A stretch of 64,000 nt of DNA from Geosiphon pyriformis uo1 (taxonomy: Eukaryota; Fungi; Glomeromycota), in assembly GCA_016748015.1 (NCBI GenBank), contig JAAOMT010000376.1, positions 62,001 through 126,000 of the forward strand. Reading direction: 5' to 3'. The position numbers were made by a program, and so were the translations under genes. The notes under the pieces were generated by a model, which searched no databases, was not told where the DNA came from, and was given only the letters and a program-made list of their open reading frames with translations. This document shows, one piece after another, positions 11,950-26,084 of the stretch (positions are counted from its first letter, which is position 1; each line of letters begins with the position of its first letter).

Positions 11950-14900
11950 TTTTTTTGCTAATTTCTTTTTTTTTTCAAGAAAAAAATTGTATTTGCTATA
12001 AAAAAATATTTTATTTTAAATATTAATTTATTAGTTATAAGTAAAAAATATTTCAAAAATAATTATAATAAAAAAAAGCTGTTTTATTAATAATTAGTTT
12101 TTATCTTCTTAAAATTTTAAATAATAAATAATTATTAAAAGAAATTTTAATTAATATTTCAAAAAAACTATAATTATAGTAATTTTTATGTTTAATAATA
12201 TTAAGTTAGTTAAGTTGTAATTAATTAGTTTTTGGCAAAAAAATATAATAAAATTTGCTAAATTAAATTAAATTAATAATATTATATGAATATAATTTAT
12301 CTTTATTAAAAAAAACTATACATATTATTAAAAAACTTTTAATAAAAAAATATGTACTATATTTTATTTTATATATTGCTAATAAATATTAATATTCATA
12401 ATTTTGAAAATTTTGAATATTCTATAAATAAAATATATGTATTATTAATCAAAATTAAATTATTTACACCAAATTTTAATGTATTATAATTTATTGTAAA
12501 TCAAAAAAGATATAATAAAAATTACAAATTAAATTTTTATTTAAAAAATTTAAATATAATTTTTTAAAGTATACTATTTACAATTGTTTTAATTATATAA
12601 TTATATAATTATAAAATATGGTTTTGTTAATATGTCTTATTTTAAGTTTAAAAATATTTATTTAATAATATTAAGTTGTGTTTTACTTATATTTATGCCA
12701 AAAAACTAGTTTTCATTAATTGTTTTATGACTTTTAATAATAAATTTTAAGCTTAAATAATTAGCAAATTTGGTTAAAAATACTTTTGCTTCTTTTTAAG
12801 TTTAATTTTAAGTAATATGAGTTTAAAAATAAGCAAATTTTAAAAAAAATTTAAATTGTTAATTAATTTAATTTTTTAATCAGATTTTTGTTTTTTTATA
12901 ATAATAAATTTTATGATTTTTTCTTTTTTTCCATTAGTTTTTGTTTTAATTTAGTTTTTAATAAAAATATAAAAATAATGTTGGCTTTTTTAAGAATAAA
13001 ATACTTGTTAATATTAAATTAAGATCAAAAATAAATATATTAAAAAAAAATTAAATATTTTTTAAATAAAATTTTTGATTTAACAAATAAATAAAGTTTT
13101 TAAGATACTATATTAAATTTGTTATCTATTTTTTTTATGAATATTTTAATTTGAAAATTTGTTATATATAATATTTTTAATATAAACAATTTTGCTAAGC
13201 AAAAAAAACATTATTAAATAACATAAAAAATTTAATAAAACTATTTTAATTATAATAAAAACTAAGTTGAAAAATAAAACTGGTTTTTAAATTATGCACA
13301 AATTTAAAAAATTAAAATATTTTGTTTTGGTAATAATTTTGGTTTTATAAACTTTAATGTTATTATAATTGTTAATAAAAATTTTGTTAGATATTTATTT
13401 AAGATTTCTAAAATTGCTAATAAATTTTTAGTAATTAAATTTTTGTTTAAAAAAAGTTGTTTGTTTTAATTATTAAATTTTATGTAATTATATTTGCCAA
13501 GAAATCTTTTAAGCTATTATTATTAATAATATAATTATTTAAAAACATTTTTGTAATAATAAAAGAATATTTTAATAAAAATAAAATAAAGCACAGTATT
13601 AGTTTTAAAAAATATTTAATTTTGAATTTATATAACTTTTTTAATAGCAAATATTTCTATTTAAAGAAAATTTATAAATATTATTTTTTTGTTAAGATAT
13701 TTTCAAAAACTGTGTTTTATAAATTTAATAATACAGTTAATTAAGTTTCTAATATTAGAAAAGTTGTTTTAAAAATTTTGAAAACTGTTATTAAAAATAA
13801 TTTAAATAAAAAATATAAATTATTGCTTGTTTAATATTTTTTTAACTTTTTTAAAGTTAAAAAGTTTCAGGTTTTGTCAAATATTGACAATTTTTTTGTG
13901 AATTTTTCTTTGAATTTATTTAATATTAAAAAGTTTTATTGTATTTTTAAGATTTATAAAATTAAAATAAACAAATATATAAAAAGTTTGTGTTTGATAA
14001 AAGTTATATAATTAAAAAGATATTAAACTATTATTAAAAAAATTGTTTTAGATTATTTGGTTTTTGAAAGTAATATTATTTTAAATTTAATTTAAAATTG
14101 ATATTATTATAAAAAAATGAATTTATAAATACTAAATTTTTAAAAAAAAATTTTTGAAAACAGCAATCCAAATTTTTAAATTATATAGATAATAATTGTT
14201 TTTTTAAAATTATAAAACATATTAATTTTAATAAATTATTAAATATTATAAAAAATCTACTTAAGAAAAATAATAAAATTTTCTAAGATTTTAAATAAGT
14301 TTTGAAATTATATAATCAATTTGTTGTAGATTAATTGTTAAATTTACTAGATTTTTGTTTAATAATAAAATAAATTTTATAATAATTCTTAAATTTTATA
14401 AAATAAAATTTTGATAAATATATGATCTAATTAATTTACAAAAGCTGTATTAATTTTTGGTAGTATAAAAAATTTAATATTAAGATTAATAAATTTTGAT
14501 TATAATTTTATGATTAAACATAAATAATTTTTTTGTAAACTTGTTTAAAAATATAATACAGATATTAAATATTAAAAAAAAATATGAATTAAAAGTTATA
14601 ATATTTGTTTTTTACAAATTAAAAAAATTATAGTTAGTATAATTGTATAATTTGGTTTTATTTATTAAATAATCAGTTATATATAAAAAATACATAAATT
14701 ATATCTAATTTAAAATATTTAATTATTGTATCATATTAAATATTAATTAAATTATATTTATTAAGTTTTATAAAAAATAAAATCTATTGTTTTAAGTAAA
14801 ACTACTAAAAATATTTTGTTTAAAATCTTGTTAAACAAAATTTCTTGTACTTGTAAAAATAGTAAAGTTTTTTAAAATAACAATTTTTTTGTTTAAAAAA
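11950..14900 (+). mobile_element. Extremely decayed ('ghost') LINE copy or copies
   Basis: AT-eroded matches to family motifs: about 13175-13320 to APE (N.PAKQ.DII.WH...TETKL), about 14040 to KVVLDHLV, about 14650-14760 to the 3' UTR, about 14780-14895 to RSIALIETARKILSKILSD...DNFSVL. Boundaries approximate. Confidence 0.6.
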
Positions 14901-16831
14901 CATATATATATATATATATATTTATTATTAATTTAATTATTAAAGATTTTTTTAAAATTTAATTAATATTATAAATATTTATAAAATATATAATTTAAAA
15001 AATTAATATTATTTATAAAATAGTTTTTACAAAATTAATATATATATAAAATTTAATATTGTATTTAATTTATTATATAAATATAATATATATAATAAAT
15101 TAAACTAAAAAGAAAATTTTTTTTTTGTTAAATAAAATCAAAAAAAATAAACATATATATAGATATTATAAGAATTGTTTGTTTTGGTTTATCTTATATT
15201 TTTTTATGAAATATATATTTAATATAAGCAAGCTTACTAACTGTATTATAAAATTTCTTGTTATTTTATGTTCTATAATCTGTTTAAGATTTATAACAAC
15301 AGTTAATATATTCTTAATACTCATTATTTTTTGTACTTCTTATTTTTTATTAGAGCTATCATATTTTGTTTTAAAATTTGTTATAATATAATTTGCAATT
15401 CAGATATTTCAAAGTAATTATATTGTTTTCTTCAAATAAATTTATTGATTTTTTAATTAATAAGTATGTACAATTTAGTTGTATGTAATTAAACTCTTTA
15501 TAGCAATCTTTAATCTTTTTTAATACTATTTTTTAATTATAATTAAATATTATTTCTAAGTTTGCAGTTTTATTTTGAAAGTTGTTATTTATATCGATTA
15601 AAAAAATGTCAATTTAGTATTAGCAATAAGTAATTATTTTATTTGAAATATTTTTTTATGCTTTATAAATTAAACATATTGCTTAAAGTTGATTAATTAC
15701 ATAAATATTATCAGTATTATTATCAAAAAAATTCAATACATAATAAAAAATGGCAATAGTAATGTGTTTTAAAACAATAAATAATTTTAGCATCCATAAA
15801 CTGAATATGTACTGTTAAGTTAAATACAAACTATTCTATATAAATATTTGTAATAAATAATTGTGATTAGCAAAATTATCTATTAACAACAATATGTTTT
15901 GGTTTTTTTTATGCAGTTAATAGTCTTAATTAACAAGCTACTATTAAAAAATATTATCAGTTATTTAGTATAAATGTTTAAATAATATTAAAAACCAAGT
16001 TGTTTTTTTGTTTTCTTTTGAAAACAGCATAAATATTTAACATAACTAATAATAAGTGGTAACAAACACTTAAAGTTATCAATATTAGTTGTAAAGACAA
16101 ATATTAATTACACTTTTGATTGTTTGGTATCATAATATAATATTGTAATAAGACTTTAATTTGGTAATATGGCATATTATAGTGCAGTTTTATCTATATT
16201 AAAAATATTATATAACTTTTAATTAGCAAAAAGTGTTATTTTATATATTTACTTATCTTCAATATGCTTAATATTGGCTGATAATATATTACTATAAAAG
16301 TAAAGTAAATGCAATTTAATATAATTTTTAAATCTTTTAAGTTAGCCATTAAATAGTTTTTAATACTTATTTTCTGGAATATTTAATTAATTATAGAACT
16401 TTATATTAACAATTGAAATTATATTTTCAATAAGTATTATTCCACACAATTTTGTCTCTTAAACAAAAATAACAAATGCTTTATTAAAGTCAGAATTACA
16501 TATTATATATATATACTTACTAATTAAGTCATATATTATATTTGCTTATAAATAAAAATTTAGTTTATCTTTGATTCAAGCCAAAACTAAAGACTATTTT
16601 ATGTATAAAAAACCATTTTTTTTAAAGTGTTTTGTAATTTTTAATTGGTTTTTATTATTTATATAATATTAATTAAGTATTATAAGCTTATTATAAAGTG
16701 TAGTATTTTCACAACTTTATAAAACACAAGCTAAAAAAATAGCATGTTTTTTGTTATTAAACATAATAAAATTAAAAGACAAAAAAAAGTATAGTTAAGA
16801 CTTTAATCAAATAAAACTGATCCAAAAATTC

Positions 16832-17316
16832 GACTTGATTACTTATATAATTAATAATAATTTAAAACTTGAAATAATTCAAAATGCTGATTTAATTATT
16901 CATATAATCAATAATAATTTAGAACTTAAGACAATTTAAAACTCTAACTTAATTACTTATATAATTAATAATAATTTAGAACTTGGAACAATTTAAAACT
17001 TTAACTTGATTACTTATACAATCAATAATAATTTAAAACTTAGAACAATTCAAAACTCTGACTTAATTACTTATACAATTAATAATAATTTAGAATTTAA
17101 AATAATTTAAAACTTCAACTTGATTATATATATAATTGATAATAATTTAGAACTTAAAACAATTTAAAACTTTAACTTGATTATATATAAAATTAGTAAT
17201 AATTTATAACTTAAAACAATTCAAAACTTTGACTTAATTACTTATACAATCAATAATAATTTAAAACTTAGGACAATTCAAAACTTTGACTTAATTATTT
17301 ATATAATTAATAATTA
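16832..17316 (+). repeat. 57-bp tandem repeat, about 8.5 copies
   Basis: Units start at 16832, 16889, 16946, 17003, 17060, 17117, 17174, 17231 and 17288. Consensus approx GACTTGATTACTTATACAATCAATAATAATTTAGAACTTGGAACAATTCAAAACTCT. Confidence 0.92.
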
Positions 17317-17691
17317 TTTTGTTGAATAAATAATATTATATTATTATATAGTATTTTTAGTTATAAAAATATTAATTTGCTTTACTGTAATTTTATCAGA
17401 ATTAGCAGAATTTAAATTAAATCTAACATTTAAAATAATTCATACTAATAGTAAAAAGTTATAAATTATTGAGTATTACAGATATAAATTATAAATATAA
17501 AAATTTTTTAACTATTAAATTGATAGATTTAAAATACTATAACTTATTACAAGTTATGAGTTATCTTAAATTTGACTGTAATATTAATTAAATTAACAAT
17601 AATTATATTATTATTATAAGTAATTTTTTTTAAATAATAAACAATTAATTATAATAATTTTTATTAATTAAAGAATTAAAAATATGTTTGT

Positions 17692-20600
17692 AATTTTTTT
17701 TTTATTAGCTTTTAATAAGTAAAGCCCAATTACTATCTAGTACAAAAAGCCAAACTAAGTGCTATTAGCAACACCAGCAGTTCTAACATCTTTTAATGAA
17801 CTGTCTGTATAGATGTCAAACGAACTGGACCAAATCTTATGCAAACTACTTTGAATATCAGAAAACTTCACAGAATTCAGAACATTCAGCTTAAGTAGAA
17901 GATTGTTCCCAGTACAGACAGTTAATGAAAAGTCCACATCCATTAAAAACTTTGAAACAGTCACAAACCAGAAAAAAACAGAACCTCTTGGATTCAACTT
18001 TTTCCAATGATGAAAAGTCTTCTAATCCATCAAGCAATTTTTTCTATTAAACAGTCTGTTACCAAAAGTGACACCAAAACGTTTTAACAAACAAACCAAG
18101 TTAAAGTAAAGAGCATTTTCCAACACAAAAGATATAAGAAACACACCAGGACTACAAAAAGCACTCAATAAATTGTTAGCTAAAAACAACTCACTATCCA
18201 AAAAAATCTTAACCACACCAGCTAGAAAATTGTTTACAGAGCTAACACATAACTTAACAGGGAACTGCAAGGGATTCAGTGGAGCCCAATTCAGAACTTG
18301 CAAATTCAAAAATCTATGATTGAATAGACACCCAAAAATACCAAGAGCATTGAAAAATGAAATCACAGCAGCTGATTTGCACTCTGACTGCAATTGCTTA
18401 AAAAACTTCAAGCCATATAATGAGGGGTGATGCAATGCTTCAACTGGAAAATCATGTGGCAAATGTGTCTTAGACCTAAAACCTCTCCGAATTATAACAT
18501 CCCACTTGCGGCAAACCTTCAATAAAACAAAACTAAACTGGGTTTTATAGCTAATAATAGACTGCAGAATAGCCACAACCAAATAGGAGAACTGCTTATT
18601 AGTAATAATTTTTCTGAACACCACATTAACAAAAAAGTGCACATCTGAATAAGCTTTGGCCACACTTGGCTTAGACAACTCTTTAGTAGACAGAAAAATA
18701 CCCAAGTACCTATGAGTCTTACCTTTTTTAACTATTGAAATTGGCTGACCACTAATACTCAAAGATGCTACTCTAACAACTTGATTAATAGGAATGGCCA
18801 CAGTCTTTTCATTGTTGATAAAAATGTCATTGATTGCAAAAAACTTACTAGCAATATTCAGAACATACTGCATTGACATTTGACAATTACTAACCCAAAT
18901 TGTATTATCCACAAATGCATCTGCAGCCAAAAAGAAAGACATCCCACCACTAGTCTTAATTTTACCAGTTCTAGCTACAAACTTAGTGTTAATTTGATAA
19001 CCACACAAATGCTCATGCCTCTTAACTTTGCATAAAAGGGGGTTGTAAAAAATTCTCCAGAGAAGAGGCAAAAAGACTTCACCTTGATCCAAGCCATCAC
19101 AAACCCTGTATTCACCAGTAAAACTGAAGTTTGTCATAACTCTATTTATCCTATCACTATGTATACCACTAAAAAATCTGATAAACTTATCACATATTTT
19201 GATCTAACATAAGTTAGCCTCTAAGTGATGCCAGCCCACAGAATCATAAGCCTTGCATATGTCTTGAAAAACCAACCAAAGTTTTCAACCTTTTTCCAGA
19301 GCATTTTCAACAACTAAACCAACTATGAATACTGGAGATTAAATAGACATACCCTTTAAAATAGAAAAGTTATCACTCTGAAGAACACCAAACTCACTGC
19401 ATACAGAAGAGATTTTATCAGAAAGAATCTTGGAGAAAATTTTCTTAGTAGTCTCGATCAAAGCTATAGGCTGTGTGTTCGTAAGAATCTCATCCCAATC
19501 ATACAGTTTAAAGATCATTGAGATCCAAGCCCTCCTTTACAAAACAGGAACACTACCAACCAACAAATATCTATTCAATAATCTCAAGAGATATTTCAAT
19601 ACTCCAACACTACCATGCTTTCATAGTTCATTAAAGATGCCAGACAAGCCAGCTGCTTTACCATTGGGCAGGCCATTAACAACTAAGAGCAACTTATTCA
19701 AACTGATAACACCCATTACATTAGAAAAAACACAATTCTGCATATAATCCAACAGAGTATATTAATAAGTTCAGAGGTCAGGCATCATCTATTTCCTAGT
19801 CTAACTCTTCATGATTTTATCAACATTGAGCTTTACTTTCTCAGGTTCCAAAATTAATTTATCATCCACAACTAGATAATTCAGAACTACTTTGCAAGAA
19901 GGCCAATCCAAAACACTTCTAATCATGCTGTCTTTGTCAGAGCAGAAATTTTCTATGCACTTCGATATTACCAGTTTAATAGAAGCCTCTTTAGCCACTC
20001 TTGACTCATATATCTTAGATCTTCTGTATTCTTTACAAACCAATGACAAATGTCCAAGAACTACTTCAATCTTCTCACTCAAGCCAACCAAGTCAGCAAA
20101 GACATGAGCCTTGGCACTATTCAAAGTAGACCATGTTTTCATAAGGCAATCAACCCTAAGCAAATCACTCGAGACAAATTTTTTAACAATCTTGACAACC
20201 AATAATTCCAAACCAAAGAACTTAGAAGAAAATTTATTCCTAAAACAATCAAACTCACTAAACTACTGTTTTGAAAATGTCTTATCAGCTGATTCTATTA
20301 CCATTCTCTCTAAAATTATCCACATAGCATCCACATCACTGTGAGTTTCAGCACCAAGAAATTCATCAGCAACTACCAAAAGTTTGGCAAAAAGGCAATC
20401 CCTAAAACCAGTCTATTTGGGACCATTAGCATTTTTAATTTTGAACTTCCAACAATTTTTGTTAGTCTGTTTGTACAAACTATTTAACTGAACATCTAAG
20501 AGTCCACCCAAGCCAATTGAAACTGAAACAATACTATAATTAATATCAAAAAAACCAGACACAAAGCAGACCTGATGACCAGTGACAGTAAAAGAAAGAT

Positions 20601-23160
20601 TTCTACTGACAAAAATAAAATCAATTGTCTTCTCAACTTCCCATAAATTGCTTCATGTAGGGGTCTTTATCATATGATGATTGGCAAACAAATTGATCAA
20701 ACCCAGACCCAAACAAAACTTGAAAGTTGCACTCTTTCCAGACCCATTCTCATTAAAATCTCTATCTAAAACCACAAAAGTGCTAGAATTAACAGCTTCT
20801 GCAATCAAGAAGTTCACCTCTAAAGCTTGACCAAATCTGGTCTCAAAAGAGACACCAGCATACAAACCCAGAATTGTGACTGATAGTTTGCCTTTAAACA
20901 AAAGCCAAACTGAAATAATCCTGTCAGAAATCTTCTTTATCTTAGACACATGGCAAGCCAATAAATTGTTTATAATTACAACAACTCTAATGTCAAGAAA
21001 ATTTTTATTTAAGCCAGAAATAAAGACATATACACCCTTAAACTTATTAGCAATCTAAAGCTTGATACTGAACCTCAATTTAGTTTCTGTAACAAAAAAC
21101 ACCATATTGCCAAAATTCACATGCCAATGCACAACATCCATTTGCTTTGCAAGAACATTAATGCTACAAACATTGCATGCAACAAACTTCCAAACCAAAC
21201 CACTTATTGGGAGAGAGAAAAAACCAAAAACTCCAAGCCAACACACAACTGATCTAATTTTACCAAAACAAAACCAATTGAGACTTCAAGAGCCACCAAC
21301 TTAGACTCCAGACAGTCCACCTTGGTAGTTAAGATTTTTGAGCTACTGAAGCCTAGAGCCAGAACAACAGGGGGAGTTGCAGACACTATCACTGAACCAT
21401 CCAAAACCATATTTAAATCTAAATCTACATTGACAACTATTGGGACAACTGAATGGCCAGAAGAGAGAGAGAGGGCCAAAGACACCAATTTCATGCTGCT
21501 GAGTTTGCACACAATGCCAGAAACTTGGTCAGTTAGCAGCTTTAAGGATTGTTCAAAAAAGCCAAATGAGCATCTAAAGACAAATTGCCAATCAAGACAG
21601 GAAGAAAACCATCATTTAAACCTGAAGTGACAAACAAAGGGGAACCAGAACCAAAAGCAAAGTGAAAACCATCAGAGCCCAAGATTTACCACCAAAGACA
21701 GCAGAGCAGAATATTGGAACACTTTTTTTCTTATACAACTTAGCCAACTAAAGACGACATTCATTAGACACAACTCTTTTAAATGTTTTTAAAGGCTTAA
21801 AAGAGGATGCAACAGATGCATTACATTCCAGAGCAGAATGACCAAACTTTCATATTTCTCACACCAAACCAAATCTATCCTTGCCCAAGAAAGTTTAATT
21901 CTGCCAAGAATTGGCTCTATGCAAAAGGCAGATTTCAGATCATCATCAGATTCAAAACCAACTACAGCACAGTAAATCCTATTGCCAGTTTTCAAAGATC
22001 TGTTTATGATACAAGTTTTCCTACCAGCTCTTTCTAGAAGAGTCCCAAGATCATGTGCCATCGTTTCCACTAGCAAAGTAAACAAAAGCACTCTAAACTG
22101 ATCCCTTAATGCTCAAGTCTCACAATTCTCTACTGCTTTGGCTATGTGCACAGAATTCTTACCAATTAGGAATGATTACTTAGAGGCTAACAAATTAGCT
22201 TGGTCTAATTCAGCAAACTCCACCACAGCTTTTTGTCACATTCCAATCAGTTGAATTTTGATCAACTTAATTTTCCCAAATTTGAATACTGCAGAGATAA
22301 TTATATCTTTAGGTGTATTCATGGAAATTTTTTTAATCACCACAGTCCGATCTGATCTCATTCCTTGTCTTTTAAGATCACTGTTTACATCGATCTCTTT
22401 TTTCCTGACCAATAATATAGCTATTTCTATGCTTTTTTCTAAAGTAAACGTCAATTGGATGATCCCTTCAAATTTTAAAGGGGTAGTGGCCCCCCCAAAA
22501 CCATTGATAGTTGAAAAATTTTTTCTAATGATTTGGGTTTTTGCCATCACTAATTTCCCTTCTACAGTTGAAAGATTAATGTCCAAAGCAAAAGATTGCT
22601 TAACTGAGACCTCCATCTGAGTTTTGACAATTTTGAGATCAATCCACTTTTTTTTTAAAGAGATAGAGAGGCGAGAAGAAACACTTCTTTATCATCATCT
22701 ATGTCAAAGTTGAAAAAATCAAGTGAGGAACCAAAAACAGCACCAGTATTGATACATTTTGCCTTGGAAATAGTTGCAGCTAAACCCAAAAGAGACCCAC
22801 CATTTACACCAGCCATGCCAATATTTTCATCATCATCAGACAGACTATCTATATTAGAATACATACTATTATCAAACTCAGATTTACTTAAAAAGATATC
22901 CTTTTTATCATCAGAGTGTTTAATGTTCCCAAGAACCACTTTTTTTTTTGAGCAAAAAAACCATTAGCAGAACCATGGAAAGCTTCTTTGGGTGCCTTTT
23001 TTTTTGATATATTACCACCTGAAGCAGCTTTTAAATTTATGATGAAAGAGTTATTATTTAAAAAAATGTTGAAAAAACTAACAAAAGAAAATAGAAAACT
23101 TCTTTTTTTTTTAGAAAATGTGCTTTTTGAGAATTTTTAGAAATAAAAGAAAAAAAAAAA
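17692..23160 (-). mobile_element. LINE (ORF1 + APE-RT-RNaseH ORF2), defective, with a 3' internal deletion
   Basis: ORF1 fragments 22939-21204; APE start LVWKFVACNVCSINVLAKQ...VTETKL; RT motifs GLDQGEVFLPLLW and AFVDNTIWV; RNase H start IYTDSSLKD, then directly the family 3' terminus and an A-rich tail (T-run at about 17692-17703). Confidence 0.9.
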
Positions 23161-26084
23161 AGATTTGTAATTAACTTATTTTTATATCTTATTTTAAAAA
23201 ATTTTATAGATATTTAAATATTTTTTTAAATAATAACCTGATTAAATCTTGTTTAAAAAAACTTTATTTAATGAATTTTAATAATAAAACTTTAAAAAAA
23301 ACTATTTTAAATAAATAATTTAATTATTTAATATTTATTGTATTATAATTTATTTATATCTAAATATCTTATATATTTAAAAATATTTGTAATAAATAAA
23401 TAAAAATTATTATAAATTTTTTAAAATAAAAAATGTTTTTAAAAAACTTTTTAAATTACTAATTTTTAAATTTATAAATATTAAAATAACAAATAAAAAA
23501 TTTATTATATAAATACAAAATTTTTGCTGTAAATATTACAGATAATTTTTTTTATATATACAAAACATTTTTATTTCTAAAATTTTTAAAAACAAATTTT
23601 TTTTTTTGTTATTGGTTTTTAAACTATTTTAACATAATTTTTATTAAACAATTAATTAATAAATAACCAAATTTTTAATTGAAAAACTTTTTGTTAATAA
23701 AAAAATAAATTTTAAAAAACCAATTTTTAATTAGTTTTAATTATTATATATTTGATAAAAAAACAATTAAGCTAAACATAATTATAAGTAATTAAATATT
23801 ATAAATATTAATTAATATTTTTAAAAATATTAATAAAGTTATATTTTTGCTTATTATAAAAAATATTTACAAATAAAACACAGAAACAAATCAATTAAAA
23901 TTTTAAACTTAAATCAAACTTTTAAAAACTAATATTATATAAAAATATTAAATAATTTAAATTTTTGTAAATCTAAAATAATAAAATAGTTTTTTGATTT
24001 TTAAAACAAATATTAAATTAAATATGACTATATAGTTAATATTATTAAAAAAATTATTTGTAAATTAGTTTAAGATTAAAAAACATTTCGTATTTATTAA
24101 AACATAATTGTTAAGTTAATCAATTAAGTTTTTATTTTTAGATATTGTTTTTTACTAAATATTAATAAAAAATTTATTAATTACTTTTTATAAAAACTTT
24201 TTTTGACTTTAAGTATGTAAATACAAACTTAGTTAAAAATATAAGCTGGCTTAAATCTGTAATTGTATAGTATTTTAATAAAAATCTTAAATTCAATTTT
24301 ATTAATAAAAAAACAGTTGGTTTGTATATATATTTAATAATAATTTATCAATAAAAAAAATTATAATACTCAATTTTTAATTTATAAAAGAACTATATTT
24401 TGTTTGTGTTTTATTTTGTAAAAAAGCTATAAATTATGATAAATAAAAATAAGTTTTATGTTTATTATTAGTAAATATTAAATATTTAATTATCCTAATG
24501 CTTTATTTTATTATTAATATCTTTTTTACAAGTAAAAATAGTACTGGCCATATAAAACGTTATAATTATGAGTTTTTAAAGTTTGAGATTTAATTTACTT
24601 ATATATAAAATTCGGTAATCAAGTTAAATTATGAGATTTTAACTTGTATTAATTTTAAGTCAGAATATTTATAACTTAAACTCGACTTTTATGAGTTAAG
24701 TACTGAGTTAAAGAAAGTTGACTTGTCTTTTTTGAAGTTTTCGTTATTAATTTTTGCATGATTTTTTGTTTTAGTATATAATACTTAATGTTTTTTATAA
24801 TTATATTTAAAATAAAATATTAAAAAAGCAATTTTTATTTTTTTTACAATTTTTTTTAACATAATTACTTTAAAAGTTTTTTTTATAATAAATTATTTTT
24901 TAAAATAAAACAGACATAACAATTTTTAATGTTAAAAATGCTATTTTTGTCTTTAATTAAAAAAATTTTCTATTAAAATAATACATAAAAACAGTTTTAA
25001 TATAATTATTATAAAAAACTTAAAAGTTTTTAATATATATTTAATATTTTTTATTGCTAATTTTCTTTTTTTATTTAATTAATTAAAAAACCAAAACAAA
25101 AAAAACAATTAATTTTTTTAAAATACTAAAAAATAATTTTTTTTTGGTTTTTTTAAAATACTACTTTTAATTTAAAATTTATAAAAAATAGATTTTAATT
25201 AATAATATTAAATACTTAAGATAAAAAATTTAATAAAAAAATAAATAAAATATTGAACTTTAATTGCTTAATGTTTTTTTTTAATAAAAAAATATTTACT
25301 TATATAATTATAAAAAAATTAATAATCAAATTAATAATTAAGTTAATAACTTTAATTTAAAAAAAGATAATTATATTATTTGGTTAATATATATAATAAA
25401 TAATAAAAACTAAAATTTTAATTATAATAATGTTTTACTAACTTAATAAGATACTTATAATGTTTATATAATATCAAAATCATGTAATATATAATATTAT
25501 AACAATATTATGTTAAACTATATAGGTAATTAATAATTTAAATTATTAGTAAATTAAATAGTAAATAATTTATTATGTAAAATAAATGTAAATACAAGCT
25601 AATTTGTAGCTTAAAAAAAACAGCATCGCAAAAAAACAGCCTTTAGTATTTAGTTTTCTTTTATTTATTATTTTACTTTGTAATTTTCTATTTTATAAAA
25701 ATAAAACAAAGCTAACTTTTTCAAAAATACATATTTACCAAATACTATTTTTAATTACTTATTTCATTTAAATAAATGATAAAAATCTCAAATATGATAA
25801 TAATAGTTTAATTTGCCAAATAAGTTTTAATTTTTTGAAACCAAATAATTTAAACCTTAAATAAAATTTATTTATCCATATCACAAATTTAATAATTAAA
25901 ATAAAATATCAATCATAATCGTTCTTTTCGACCTAATATTCTGTAATCATGATCGTAAATTAACTGAGAACTTGAACACAATTAAGAGACGATTCATTAT
26001 AATTATGGAGTCCAAATTTAAGATAAACTTTATTCTTTCAATGTTTCTGATAAAAAAGTTGGCATTCAATTAAAATTTTCCTTC

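Noticed and set aside
15125-16620. Slightly GC-richer stretch, possibly a decayed DNA transposon
   Set aside because: No motif, terminal repeat or TSD that I could support.
16832-17316. CRISPR-like array
   Set aside because: Units are contiguous tandem repeats with no unique spacers; eukaryotic context with no cas genes.
19430-22967. Plus-strand ORFs over the minus-strand LINE, and similar ones at 28385-33273, 39761-45583 and 57237-59787
   Set aside because: Antisense shadows of TE coding sequence with no independent motifs.
23200-25900. AT desert with weak inverted-repeat hints near 24550-24730
   Set aside because: Too degenerate to define termini or a family by eye.
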